Assembly (NCBI GenBank): GCA_963675215.1
Contig: OY775914.1
Span: forward strand, 3,848,149 to 3,912,148
DNA length: 64,000 nucleotides
Source of the DNA: Bacteroidales bacterium
GTDB taxonomy: Bacteria > Bacteroidota > Bacteroidia > Bacteroidales > GCA-2711565
Reading direction: 5' to 3'
Shown here: positions 47,600 through 56,703 of the stretch, in pieces
How positions within the stretch are numbered: position 1 is the stretch's first letter
How the letters are laid out: the number at the start of each line of letters is the position of its first letter
Translations under genes and position numbers: made by a program
The notes under the pieces: model-generated
What the model was told of the DNA's origin: nothing
The model's input: only the letters and a program-made list of their open reading frames with translations
Database searches by the model: none

Positions 47600-47851
47600 A
47601 TGGCTAATCATAAATCAGCAATCAAGAGAATCAGGACTAACGATGCAAAAAGAATCCGTAATCGTTACCATGCGAAAACAATGAGAAATGCTATTCGCAA
47701 ATTCAGAGCTATTACTGAAAAAAGTGAAGCAGTGGAGCAACTTCCAAAACTTTCATCTATGATTGATAAATTGGTTAAGAAATCCATTATTCATAAGAAT
47801 AAAGCAGGTAATCTGGTTTCAAAATTAACTAAGCTTACGAATTCTTTATAA
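47600..47851 (+). CDS. rpsT: 30S ribosomal protein S20
   Basis: 83 aa. MANHKSAIKRIR... is the canonical S20 N-terminus. Confidence 0.93.
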   Translation: MANHKSAIKRIRTNDAKRIRNRYHAKTMRNAIRKFRAITEKSEAVEQLPKLSSMIDKLVKKSIIHKNKAGNLVSKLTKLTNSL

Positions 47852-47875
47852 GCTTTTTTAACACAAAAATATTTA

Positions 47876-47902
47876 GAAGCCTCTGAATCAGAGGCTTTTT
47901 TT
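47876..47902 (+). terminator. Rho-independent terminator after rpsT
   Basis: GAAGCCTCTG-aat-CAGAGGCTTT followed by a T-run. Confidence 0.8.
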
Positions 47903-47914
47903 GTTTTAAAATCT

Positions 47915-47922
47915 TATCTTTG
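47915..47922 (+). promoter_or_regulatory. Candidate -7 promoter box (TATCTTTG) upstream of radC
   Basis: Matches TAnnTTTG. It overlaps the TTG start of the ORF-track model, which argues for the ATG at 47947. Confidence 0.4.
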
Positions 47923-47946
47923 TTAGCGCAATCAATTTTTCTTACA

Positions 47947-48639
47947 ATGGATAAGAAATATACCACCATTAAACAATGGGCTGAAGACGATCGCCCACGA
48001 GAAAAACTACTTTTAAAAGGGAAAAATGCTTTAAGTGATGCTGAATTGATAGCTATTTTATTACGCTCTGGTAATCAAAATGAAACCGCTGTGGATATAT
48101 CAAAGCAAATTCTTAAAAAAGCAAAAAACAATCTCATCGAATTATCCAAATTTTCAACGGTTGACCTTCTAAAATTCAAAGGGATAGGTGAGGCCAAGGC
48201 CTTATCCATTATCGCAGCCCTCGAACTTGGCCGAAGAAGAAGAAGTGCCGAAGTGTTAGAAAAGTCTGTCATTAACTCATCAAAAGATGTGTTTAATTAT
48301 TTCATGTCTATTGTTGAAGATTATCAGTACGAAGGATTCTGGATACTCCTGCTCAATCGTGCCAACAAAATAATTAATCACCTTCGAATTAGTGAAGGAG
48401 GAGTTTCAGGAACGGTAGCTGATCCAAAAAAAATATTCAGGTTGAGCATCGAGAATGGCGCCAGCGGAATCATTCTTTGTCATAATCATCCTTCAGGTAA
48501 CACCAAACCAAGCGAACAAGACCTGAAACTAACCAAGAAAATCAGCGACGCTGGTCAATTGCTCGACATAAATGTTTTAGATCACCTCATCATAGGCGAA
48601 GAAAAATATTTTAGCTTTGCAGACGAGAATTTAATCTAA
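47947..48639 (+). CDS. radC: RadC-family JAB/MPN-domain protein
   Basis: About 230 aa with a helix-hairpin-helix region (FKGIGEAKA) and the JAB motif CHNHPSGNTKPS. Confidence 0.85.
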   Translation: MDKKYTTIKQWAEDDRPREKLLLKGKNALSDAELIAILLRSGNQNETAVDISKQILKKAKNNLIELSKFSTVDLLKFKGIGEAKALSIIAALELGRRRRSAEVLEKSVINSSKDVFNYFMSIVEDYQYEGFWILLLNRANKIINHLRISEGGVSGTVADPKKIFRLSIENGASGIILCHNHPSGNTKPSEQDLKLTKKISDAGQLLDINVLDHLIIGEEKYFSFADENLI

Positions 48640-48702
48640 AGCTTAATTGCTTAAATATCAATTTTTCAACGTATTGATATTGGTAAAACCAAATAAATTT
48701 TC

Positions 48703-48710
48703 TATTTTTG
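48703..48710 (+). promoter_or_regulatory. Candidate -7 promoter box (TATTTTTG) upstream of rpsF
   Basis: Matches TAnnTTTG. It would leave a leader of about 75 nt before the ATG at 48790. Confidence 0.4.
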
Positions 48711-48789
48711 CACACCATTTTATGGGCACCATTGAAAAATGGATATAACTGTATTAAAATCAAAACAATAACAAACAAATTAATTAAAA

Positions 48790-49152
48790 ATGATGAACCA
48801 ATACGAAACCGTTTTCATTATGACTCCCGTTTTGTCTGATGAACAGATGAAGGAAGCGGTAAAAAAGTATCAGGATTTCTTGAAAGAGAAAGGGGCTGAA
48901 ATTGTACACGAAGAACATTGGGGCTTAAAAAAATTAGCTTATCCAATTCAAAAAAAATCAACAGGATTTTATCACCTAATTGAATTTAAAGATTCAGGTG
49001 AAGTTATTCGTGACTTAGAAGTTGCTTACAAACGTGACGAGAGAATCTTACGCTTTTTAACCGTCAAACTCGACAAACATGCCGTTGCATACAACGAGAA
49101 AAAACGTAGAAATGCGAAAGAAAAGCAAGCTGCCGAAACAGAAAGCAAATAG
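48790..49152 (+). CDS. rpsF: 30S ribosomal protein S6
   Basis: 120 aa. The YETVFIMTP...[10 protein letters not shown] pattern is canonical for S6. Confidence 0.93.
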   Translation: MMNQYETVFIMTPVLSDEQMKEAVKKYQDFLKEKGAEIVHEEHWGLKKLAYPIQKKSTGFYHLIEFKDSGEVIRDLEVAYKRDERILRFLTVKLDKHAVAYNEKKRRNAKEKQAAETESK

Positions 49153-49177
49153 TAATTAACCCTTAAAATCATCAAAA

Positions 49178-49447
49178 ATGGCACAATCAAATTCAGATAT
49201 AAAATATCTAACGCCTATTGCGGTTGATACTAAAAAGAAAAAGTATTGCCGATTCAAAAAAAGTGGAATTAAATACATCGATTATAAAGATGCTAATTTC
49301 CTTTTGAAGTTTGTAAATGAGCAAGGTAAAATTCTACCTCGCCGTCTTACTGGAACTTCAACAAAATATCAAAAGAAAGTTTCTCAGGCTATTAAACGTG
49401 CACGTCACTTGTCGTTAATGCCTTATGTTGCAGATTTATTAAAATAA
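49178..49447 (+). CDS. rpsR: 30S ribosomal protein S18
   Basis: 89 aa. The [13 protein letters not shown]...L..F....[10 protein letters not shown]....QKK...AIKRAR pattern is canonical for S18. Confidence 0.93.
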   Translation: MAQSNSDIKYLTPIAVDTKKKKYCRFKKSGIKYIDYKDANFLLKFVNEQGKILPRRLTGTSTKYQKKVSQAIKRARHLSLMPYVADLLK

Positions 49448-49459
49448 GGAGGTGAAGTC

Positions 49460-49909
49460 ATGGAAGTAATTTTAAAACAAGATGTTCAAGGCCTGGGTTA
49501 TACCAACGACCTTGTTACTGTTAAAAATGGTTATGGCAGAAATTTCCTTATCCCAACAGGGAAGGCAATTTTAGCTAATGAATCAAGTAAAAAAGTAAGA
49601 GCAGAGGATCTCAAACAAAAATCTTACAAAGAAGAAAAAATCAGAAATGAAGCTGAAACTTTATTAGCTGCACTTCAGGATATTACTGTAAAAATAGGTG
49701 CTAAAGCTGGTACTTCAGGTAAGATTTTCGGATCCGTAAATGCAATGCAAGTTTCAGATGCACTTAAAGAACAATTCAAATTTGAAATCGACAAAAAACA
49801 AATTTCTGTTGATGGAGACGCAATTAAAGAAATTGGAACCTATAAGGCAACTATAAAAATCCACAAAGAAATTTCAGCTGAAATTAATTTGGACGTGATT
49901 GCAGAATAG
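49460..49909 (+). CDS. rplI: 50S ribosomal protein L9
   Basis: 149 aa. MEVILKQDVQGLGYTNDLVTVKNGYGRNFLIP is the canonical L9 N-terminus. Confidence 0.93.
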   Translation: MEVILKQDVQGLGYTNDLVTVKNGYGRNFLIPTGKAILANESSKKVRAEDLKQKSYKEEKIRNEAETLLAALQDITVKIGAKAGTSGKIFGSVNAMQVSDALKEQFKFEIDKKQISVDGDAIKEIGTYKATIKIHKEISAEINLDVIAE

Positions 49910-49937
49910 TTTTATCGCACAATATTTTATTATCTTT

Positions 49938-49969
49938 AAATCCCGGTTTCGATCGGGATTTATTTTTTT
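49938..49969 (+). terminator. Rho-independent terminator after rplI
   Basis: AAATCCCG ... CGGGATTT stem followed by ATTTTTTT. Confidence 0.75.
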
Positions 49970-49980
49970 AATGGAATAAG

Positions 49981-50745
49981 ATGATTTCAAAAGCCCAAAT
50001 AAAACATTTAAATTCACTTAAGCTTTTAAAATTTAGAAAAGCATATGGTGAGTTTGTTGTTGAAGGTGAAAAGATGGTTAACGAACTCATCATGAGCAAT
50101 TACCAAATTAAGGCTTTGTATGCACTCCCAGCATGGCTGCTAGCCAACCAAAACAAGCTAGCTTCAAAAAAAATAAATTCAGAAAAAGTATCACCCAAAG
50201 AGCTTGAACGGATCAGTTCATTTAAAAGCCCCAACCAGGTTTTAGCAACGGCTGTAATTCCTGATCAGTCAATTCAAAAAATAGATTTTGAGGATTTGGT
50301 TTTGGTTCTAGACAATATGCAAGATCCCGGAAATATGGGAACAATTATCAGGGCTGCTGAATGGTTTGGAATTAAAAACATCATCTGTTCTAAAGAGAGT
50401 GTTGACCTTTATAATCCGAAAGTAATACAATCAACCATGGGCTCTTTTTTGAGGCTTAAAACTCATTATACTGATCTTAGAAATTTCTTTGAAAAAGATG
50501 TGCCCAAAAATCTAAACATTTATGGTGCCTTGCTTACCGGGAAAAACATTTACGAGAAAACACTCACAAAAAAAGGTATCCTCATTATTGGGAATGAATC
50601 AAAAGGAATTTCTGAAGAGATTTCCAATTTTGTGACTCACCCAATTTATATCCCTGCTCATTCAAACAGCAAGGCAGAATCTTTAAATGCTTCTATTGCT
50701 GCCGCCGTTTTGATGAGTGAGTTCAGAAAAGGAACTATTATTTAG
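49981..50745 (+). CDS. TrmH/SpoU-family RNA 2-prime-O-methyltransferase
   Basis: 254 aa. The SpoU methylase core has DNMQDPGNMGTIIRAAEWFG, IIGNESKGIS and SLNASIAAAVLM motifs. Confidence 0.8.
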   Translation: MISKAQIKHLNSLKLLKFRKAYGEFVVEGEKMVNELIMSNYQIKALYALPAWLLANQNKLASKKINSEKVSPKELERISSFKSPNQVLATAVIPDQSIQKIDFEDLVLVLDNMQDPGNMGTIIRAAEWFGIKNIICSKESVDLYNPKVIQSTMGSFLRLKTHYTDLRNFFEKDVPKNLNIYGALLTGKNIYEKTLTKKGILIIGNESKGISEEISNFVTHPIYIPAHSNSKAESLNASIAAAVLMSEFRKGTII

Positions 50746-50816
50746 ACCATTAATCAAATAAGTATTCTATCATTGCTAATTAAAAGATTGTTGGTACTTT
50801 TGTAAAAAAATAAATT

Positions 50817-51002
50817 ATGCTACTCAAATTAATCTTAATAACTGTTGTCCTTATCGCAATCGCTTTTGCTTTTATCGGAATTAAAATGTTTGTAAAAAAA
50901 GACGGTAAATTTACCAAACAATGTAGCACAGTTGATCCGGAAACGGGCCAACGAATGGGGTGTACCTGTGGATCACAAGAATCGACTTGCCATAACGATT
51001 AG
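50817..51002 (+). CDS. Small protein with one TM helix and four Cys; candidate NqrM-like Na+-NQR maturation factor
   Basis: 61 aa with an N-terminal TM helix (LILITVVLIAIAFAFIGI), a basic stretch, then exactly four Cys (C36, C49, C51, C58; C-x12-CxC-x6-C). It is convergent with apbE, 83 nt away. Confidence 0.4.
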   Translation: MLLKLILITVVLIAIAFAFIGIKMFVKKDGKFTKQCSTVDPETGQRMGCTCGSQESTCHND

Positions 51003-51085
51003 ATTTTTAGATATATAGATGCTAGACTTTAGATTAAATAATAGCACAAGAAAGGTTTAAGGTCTTTTTAAATGAATATTTTATA

Positions 51086-52087
51086 TTATTTATTGATTAT
51101 TCTTTCCAATCCATCCGTATTAAAAGCTTTCATTTCTCCATCTTCCTGAAAAACAAAATAGGCTTCCAAATCATTTCTTTTACTTAGAAAGGCTATGGCT
51201 TTTTCTAGTCCCATCACCATAAATGCTGTTGCATAGGCATCAGCTTCGGCGCAATTGTCAGCAAGCACACTAACACTAAGCAATGTGTGAGTTACGGGAT
51301 AACCGGTTGAAGGATCAATCATGTGAGAGTATCGCACCCCATTTTTCTCATAATATTTCCGGTAGCTTCCAGAAGTAACCAATGCCTTATCATTTAAACT
51401 GATAACTATTTCTGCCTCAATCGCACCATATTCATCTTCAGTCGGCTTCTGAATTCCTACATTCCATGATTCGGAATTAAGCTTATTACCGCTTGCCAAA
51501 ACCTCTCCTCCGACATCAAGAATGAAATTACTAATCCCTTTATCCTTTAAAAACTGCCCAAGCAAATCAACAGAATAACCCTGGGCAACAGCATTAAAAC
51601 TCAATTCCATCCTGGGATCATCTTTAAGTAAAACACCATCTTCGATTTTTGCCTTTCTAAAACCAACGAATTGCTGAATGCTATCGATCATTGATTGATC
51701 TAGTTCCACGCCTTTCCTAAAACCAAAACCCCAGGCTTCGATAAGTGGGCCAACTGTACAATCGAAAGCCCCATTTGTTTCTTCTGAAATTCTTTTAGAT
51801 AAATTAAAATTATCAATGAAATACTTATCCAGAATTACGTTTCTTTCATTTCGATTAACCCTTGAAATAATTGAATTTGGCACCCAGGATGACAGAGATT
51901 GATCAAATTTTTTCAAAATTGAATCTATTTCAGCTTGCAGATTTCTCTCTTGCTCATCAAAATAAGTCACCATATAATAGGTTCCCTGTGCTTGGCCCTG
52001 AAAGCTTATTTTTTCCAATTTCTCCTGTTTAAGATTACAGGAAGAAAGCATAATCAAGGCTAAAAAAAGAAGTTTATTTGTTTTCAT
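51086..52087 (-). CDS. apbE: FAD:protein FMN transferase (flavin transferase), lipoprotein
   Basis: 333 aa with a lipoprotein signal (IMLSSC) and ApbE-family motifs (AVAQGYSVD, SGSYRKY, HMIDPSTGYP). It lies downstream of nqrF. Confidence 0.88.
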   Translation of the reverse strand: MKTNKLLFLALIMLSSCNLKQEKLEKISFQGQAQGTYYMVTYFDEQERNLQAEIDSILKKFDQSLSSWVPNSIISRVNRNERNVILDKYFIDNFNLSKRISEETNGAFDCTVGPLIEAWGFGFRKGVELDQSMIDSIQQFVGFRKAKIEDGVLLKDDPRMELSFNAVAQGYSVDLLGQFLKDKGISNFILDVGGEVLASGNKLNSESWNVGIQKPTEDEYGAIEAEIVISLNDKALVTSGSYRKYYEKNGVRYSHMIDPSTGYPVTHTLLSVSVLADNCAEADAYATAFMVMGLEKAIAFLSKRNDLEAYFVFQEDGEMKAFNTDGLERIINK

Positions 52088-52121
52088 TTATGAAAGAAAT
52101 TAAGTCCTCAAAAATAGGTAT

Positions 52122-52164
52122 AAAATAAAAAGCCTCAAACCCAATAATTCTGGTTCGAGGCTTT
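52122..52164 (-). terminator. Intrinsic terminator between nqrF and apbE
   Basis: The minus-strand RNA has a 12-bp AAGCCUCGAACC ... GGUUUGAGGCUU stem (one G-U) followed by UUUUAUUUUA. Confidence 0.6.
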
Positions 52165-52185
52165 TACGCAATTTAAAGGTATCTT

Positions 52186-53442
52186 TTATCCACCGAAATC
52201 ATCAAATGCGATCATTTCTTCGGGCACTCCGTAATCATCCAGCATTTTCAAAACTGCGTCGTTCATCATAGGAGGGCCACATAAGTAAAATTCAATTTCT
52301 TCCGGCTCAGGATGATTTTTTAAATAGTTATCCATAATTATTTGATGGATAAATCCGGTATAACCATCCCAATTGTCTTCAGGTAATGGCTCAGATAGTC
52401 CGATATTGAATTTGAAATTTGGAAAATTCTTTTCTATTTCTTTAAACTGATCAACATAAAACAATTCTCTTGATGATCTTCCGCCATACCAAAACGTAGC
52501 TTTACGTGTAGTCTTTTTTGTGTTAAACAAATCAAAAATATGAGAACGCATAGGCGCCATTCCTGCACCACCACCAATGAACATCATTTCGCGTTCGGTT
52601 GGTTTGATAAAAAACTCACCATAAGGTCCGGAAACAGTCACTTTATCTCCAGGTTTACGAGAGAAGATATAAGAAGAACAAATGCCAGGGTTCACATTCA
52701 TGAATTGGTTTTTAGCTCTATCCCAAGGCGGGGTGGCAACCCTAATATTTAACATCACAATATTACCTTCAGCAGGATGATTTGCCATGGAATAAGCACG
52801 GAAAATGGGTTCCGGGTTTTTCATTTTTAAATCCCACATATTAAAGCTATCCCAATCTCCACGATATTCTTCTTCAATTTCAATATCCTTATAATCAACT
52901 TCACATTTAGGAACATCAATCTGTATATAACCTCCGGAACGAAAATCGAGGGTTTCACCTTCAGGAAGCCTTACTACAAATTCTTTAATGAAAGTGGCTA
53001 CATTTCTATTTGAGATAACTTCGCACTCCCATTTCTTAATTCCGAAAATTTCTTTTGGGATCCCAATTTTCATATCTTCTTTCACCTTCACCTGGCAACC
53101 AAGCCTCCAATTATTTTGCTGCTCTTTACGCGTAAAGTAACCTACCTCGGTTGGCAAAATTGATCCACCACCTTCAAATACCTGACATTTACACATGGCG
53201 CAAGTTCCACCACCACCGCATGCCGATGGCAAAAATATCTTTTGATCGGCCAAAGTGGTCAAAACCGTTGACCCTGGATTTACAACAAACTCCTTATCAT
53301 CGTTAATGGTAAGTTTAATTTCACCAGATGGCATGAGTTTTTTTCGGGCATATAACAATACCGAAACCAACAACATGATAATTGATAAGAAAACGACGAT
53401 GCTGATTAATACAACCAATCCTATACTAATATTTAAAATCAT
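52186..53442 (-). CDS. nqrF: Na+-translocating NADH:quinone oxidoreductase subunit F
   Basis: 418 aa with an N-terminal TM helix, the 2Fe-2S motif [12 protein letters not shown], the FAD motif RAYSMAN, and an NADH-binding GGGAGMAP segment. Confidence 0.95.
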   Translation of the reverse strand: MILNISIGLVVLISIVVFLSIIMLLVSVLLYARKKLMPSGEIKLTINDDKEFVVNPGSTVLTTLADQKIFLPSACGGGGTCAMCKCQVFEGGGSILPTEVGYFTRKEQQNNWRLGCQVKVKEDMKIGIPKEIFGIKKWECEVISNRNVATFIKEFVVRLPEGETLDFRSGGYIQIDVPKCEVDYKDIEIEEEYRGDWDSFNMWDLKMKNPEPIFRAYSMANHPAEGNIVMLNIRVATPPWDRAKNQFMNVNPGICSSYIFSRKPGDKVTVSGPYGEFFIKPTEREMMFIGGGAGMAPMRSHIFDLFNTKKTTRKATFWYGGRSSRELFYVDQFKEIEKNFPNFKFNIGLSEPLPEDNWDGYTGFIHQIIMDNYLKNHPEPEEIEFYLCGPPMMNDAVLKMLDDYGVPEEMIAFDDFGG

Positions 53443-53469
53443 ATCTAATTTATTATCTAGTTATCAAGA

Positions 53470-54087
53470 TTATAATTTTATTCCTAAGAAACTCATAAAT
53501 GCAATTCCCATTAAACCGGTAATGATAAAAGTGATCCCAAGGCCTCTTAAGGGTGCAGGAACATTTGAATATCTGATTTTCTCACGTATGGCTGCAATAC
53601 CAACAATAGCTAACAACCAGCCAACACCAGATCCTAAACCAAAGGAAGTTGCCTGCCAAATACTTTCATACTCTCGTTCTTGCATAAATAACGAACCACC
53701 TAAGATGGCACAGTTAACGGCAATAAGTGGGAGGAAAATTCCCAATGAGTTATACAAGGCCGGGGTAAACTTCTCTACAATCATTTCGACCAACTGAACC
53801 ATAGATGCAATAACTGCGATGAACATGATGAAACTTAAAAAACTTAAATCAACATCAGCAAACTCAGGCCCTAACCAGCTTAAAGCTCCTGCCGAGAGCA
53901 AATACTCATTCATCAAATAATCAACCGGAACGGTAATTGCGAGTACGAAAATAACTGCCAAACCAAGCCCCATTGAAGTTTTAACCGTTTTTGAAACAGC
54001 TAAATATGAACACATGCCCAGGAAATAGGCAAATACCATATTATCAATAAAGATGGACCTTACGAATATGTTAAATAATTCCTGCAT
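53470..54087 (-). CDS. nqrE: Na+-NQR subunit E
   Basis: 205 aa polytopic protein of the NqrE/RnfA family, in the expected operon position. Confidence 0.93.
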   Translation of the reverse strand: MQELFNIFVRSIFIDNMVFAYFLGMCSYLAVSKTVKTSMGLGLAVIFVLAITVPVDYLMNEYLLSAGALSWLGPEFADVDLSFLSFIMFIAVIASMVQLVEMIVEKFTPALYNSLGIFLPLIAVNCAILGGSLFMQEREYESIWQATSFGLGSGVGWLLAIVGIAAIREKIRYSNVPAPLRGLGITFIITGLMGIAFMSFLGIKL

Positions 54088-54110
54088 ATCTTAATTATTA
54101 TAAATTCTTA

Positions 54111-54770
54111 TTATTTTCCTTCAATTAATGTTTTATCCTTTGATCGTTGAACCCAAATAATTACACCTACGATAATTAATGCCATTGGAGGTAAAATCAT
54201 AAATCCATTGTTTTCGTATCCGAAGTTGTAAACTCCCAATTTTTCCATTATTGGATAATCCCAAAGAGTTCCAGAGCCAAAAAGTTCGCGAAAAAAAGCA
54301 ACGACTATCAAAATCCAGCCATAGCCAAATGCATTTCCCAGCCCATCTAAAAATGATTGCCAAGGGCTATTTGCCATTGCAAAGGCTTCGAATCGACCCA
54401 TGATGATACAGTTGGTAATGATCAAACCAACAAAAACTGAGAGTTGTTTGCTGACATCAAAAACAAATGCTTTTAATACCTGATCGACTAAAATGACAAG
54501 CGCAGCAATTACAACCAGCTGAACGATAATCCTAATTCGTGGTGGAATTCCGTTTCGCAAGAGCGAAATAATAACATTACCTATGGCTAAAACGGCCATA
54601 ACTGATAAGGTCATAACGAATGCCGGTTTAACTTTTGCGGTTACCGCCAAAGCTGAGCAGATCCCCAAAACCTGAGTTGTAATCGGGTTATCTTTATGAA
54701 GGGGATTAATTAAGAGTTTACGGTTTTTAGCCGAAAACAAAGGTTCCTTTTCTTTTTTCACTTCACTCAT
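54111..54770 (-). CDS. nqrD: Na+-NQR subunit D
   Basis: 219 aa polytopic protein of the NqrD/RnfE family (LGICSALAVT), in the expected operon position. Confidence 0.93.
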   Translation of the reverse strand: MSEVKKEKEPLFSAKNRKLLINPLHKDNPITTQVLGICSALAVTAKVKPAFVMTLSVMAVLAIGNVIISLLRNGIPPRIRIIVQLVVIAALVILVDQVLKAFVFDVSKQLSVFVGLIITNCIIMGRFEAFAMANSPWQSFLDGLGNAFGYGWILIVVAFFRELFGSGTLWDYPIMEKLGVYNFGYENNGFMILPPMALIIVGVIIWVQRSKDKTLIEGK

Positions 54771-54773
54771 CGC

Positions 54774-55511
54774 TTAGTTTCGTTTTTTGATATATGGAAC
54801 ATAATTTTCTAAACAATTGGTAAGCATTTCACTTACCGCATCACTGGTAATGGTACCTCCAGAAATAGCATCTACACCATGGATGTGCATTTCAGCGGGA
54901 AGTGTTGCAACCCCACCTTTAACAACTTTCACAGATTGAAATTCCCCATCTTTAAATACCTCTTTGCCTATAAACTGAAGTTGAAAGTTCTTAGTGTCGA
55001 TTTCGGCACCCAGTCCAGGAGTTTCTCCTTTATGACCAAAGGTAGCACCGACAACAGTACTAAAATTATCCTTAACAGCTATATTTCCCCAGATGGGTCC
55101 CCAAAGCCCGGTGCCACGAAGTGGAATTATGTAGGTTTTAGCCCCATTGCTTTCTGCTACAAGTAATGAAATATTATAGGCTTGGCCTTTGCTCTTTTTG
55201 TATAATTCTTTCTTTAGGTCTAAATTAAAGGCCATACTTGTACCCGGCTCAACATCGCCGGTTTTATTAACTTCCACAACTTCACCAGTATTACTTATTA
55301 CAATCTCTTCAATAATATTATTTTTGTAAAGATCGATGGCATTTTCTGAAGTTGCTTCAATATTTGCTGATGCAAGAATGCCTTTCATTTTATCGATGGC
55401 TTCATTTTTTTCCTGAAGCGGTTTTAGGAACATGGCAGCCGAAGATAAAATGGCAGCAACAATGATCACCATCACACTTGCATATCGAAAAATATAAAAA
55501 TTACTATACAT
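54774..55511 (-). CDS. nqrC: Na+-NQR subunit C
   Basis: 245 aa with a single N-terminal TM helix and the FMN attachment motif DAISGGTITS. Confidence 0.93.
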   Translation of the reverse strand: MYSNFYIFRYASVMVIIVAAILSSAAMFLKPLQEKNEAIDKMKGILASANIEATSENAIDLYKNNIIEEIVISNTGEVVEVNKTGDVEPGTSMAFNLDLKKELYKKSKGQAYNISLLVAESNGAKTYIIPLRGTGLWGPIWGNIAVKDNFSTVVGATFGHKGETPGLGAEIDTKNFQLQFIGKEVFKDGEFQSVKVVKGGVATLPAEMHIHGVDAISGGTITSDAVSEMLTNCLENYVPYIKKRN

Positions 55512-55539
55512 AAGTTTATGTTTTATTTTTCTTTATAAA

Positions 55540-56676
55540 TTAAGCCTTAGCTCGTTTTAGTCGTTTCTTGATATTTGATTCAACCACATAATGATCGATA
55601 AGCGGTGCAAATACGTTCATCAGTAAAATTGCCAACATCATACCTTCGGGGTAAGCAGGATTGAATACCCTGATCAAAACGGCAATAAAACCAATTAAGA
55701 ATCCATATATATATTTACCCTTATTGGTTTGTGAAGCCGTAACAGGATCAGTAGCCATAAACACTGCTCCGAATGCAAATCCACCCATAATTAAATGGTA
55801 ATGAACAGGAAGGTTCATATAATCGTTATAGCCCCATAAATTGAAAAGTAAACCCATAACAACCGCACCGGCAATAGTTGAGAATAAAATCCTCCAGCTA
55901 CCCACTCCTGTGAACAGTAATATTAATGCACCTATTCCAATTGCAATGATAGAAGTTTCGCCGACAGAACCGGGTATTGTTCCTATCATCATCTCCATTG
56001 GGCTTGGTAATTTATCAAGATTCCCAACCAAGGCATCACCAAGTGGTGTGGCTCCTGAAAAAGCATCTGCTTTGGCAGAAATCCAAACTTTATCGCCCGA
56101 CATAAATGAGGGGTAAGCAAAGAATAAAAAGGCGCGAGCAGTTAAGGCCGGATTTAAAATATTCATTCCGGTTCCACCAAAAACTTCTTTCCCAATTATT
56201 ACCGCAAAAGCAGTAGCTACTGCCACCATCCACAATGGAATGTCCGGTGGAAGAATCAAAGGAATAAGCATCCCTGAAACAAAGAATCCTTCGTTTACTT
56301 CATGACCACGCTTCTGTGCAAAAATTATTTCAATGCCTAAACCAACTACGTAAGTCACAATTAAAATTGGGAGAACTTTTAAAAATCCATACCAAAATGC
56401 CGGCCAGATTGCCACCGTTTCGCCCAACGACAAAAAGTGCTGATAACCCACATTCCACATGCCAAAAAGCATGGCAGGAATTAATGCGATGAAAACCGTA
56501 ATCATCGTTCTTTTCATATCCACCCCATCGCGGATATGACTACCCTTAAGCGTTACATGATCGGGAACAAAAAACAACGTTTCGATCGAGTCAAAAGTCG
56601 AACGGAACATTTCAAATTTGCCACCCTTTGCAACATGCGGTTTGATATTATCTAGTATTTTTCTAAGTGCTTTCAT
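55540..56676 (-). CDS. nqrB: Na+-NQR subunit B
   Basis: 378 aa polytopic protein with the FMN attachment motif FSGATPL. Confidence 0.94.
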   Translation of the reverse strand: MKALRKILDNIKPHVAKGGKFEMFRSTFDSIETLFFVPDHVTLKGSHIRDGVDMKRTMITVFIALIPAMLFGMWNVGYQHFLSLGETVAIWPAFWYGFLKVLPILIVTYVVGLGIEIIFAQKRGHEVNEGFFVSGMLIPLILPPDIPLWMVAVATAFAVIIGKEVFGGTGMNILNPALTARAFLFFAYPSFMSGDKVWISAKADAFSGATPLGDALVGNLDKLPSPMEMMIGTIPGSVGETSIIAIGIGALILLFTGVGSWRILFSTIAGAVVMGLLFNLWGYNDYMNLPVHYHLIMGGFAFGAVFMATDPVTASQTNKGKYIYGFLIGFIAVLIRVFNPAYPEGMMLAILLMNVFAPLIDHYVVESNIKKRLKRAKA

Positions 56677-56703
56677 TAATATATATAATGATTAAACAAA
56701 CTT

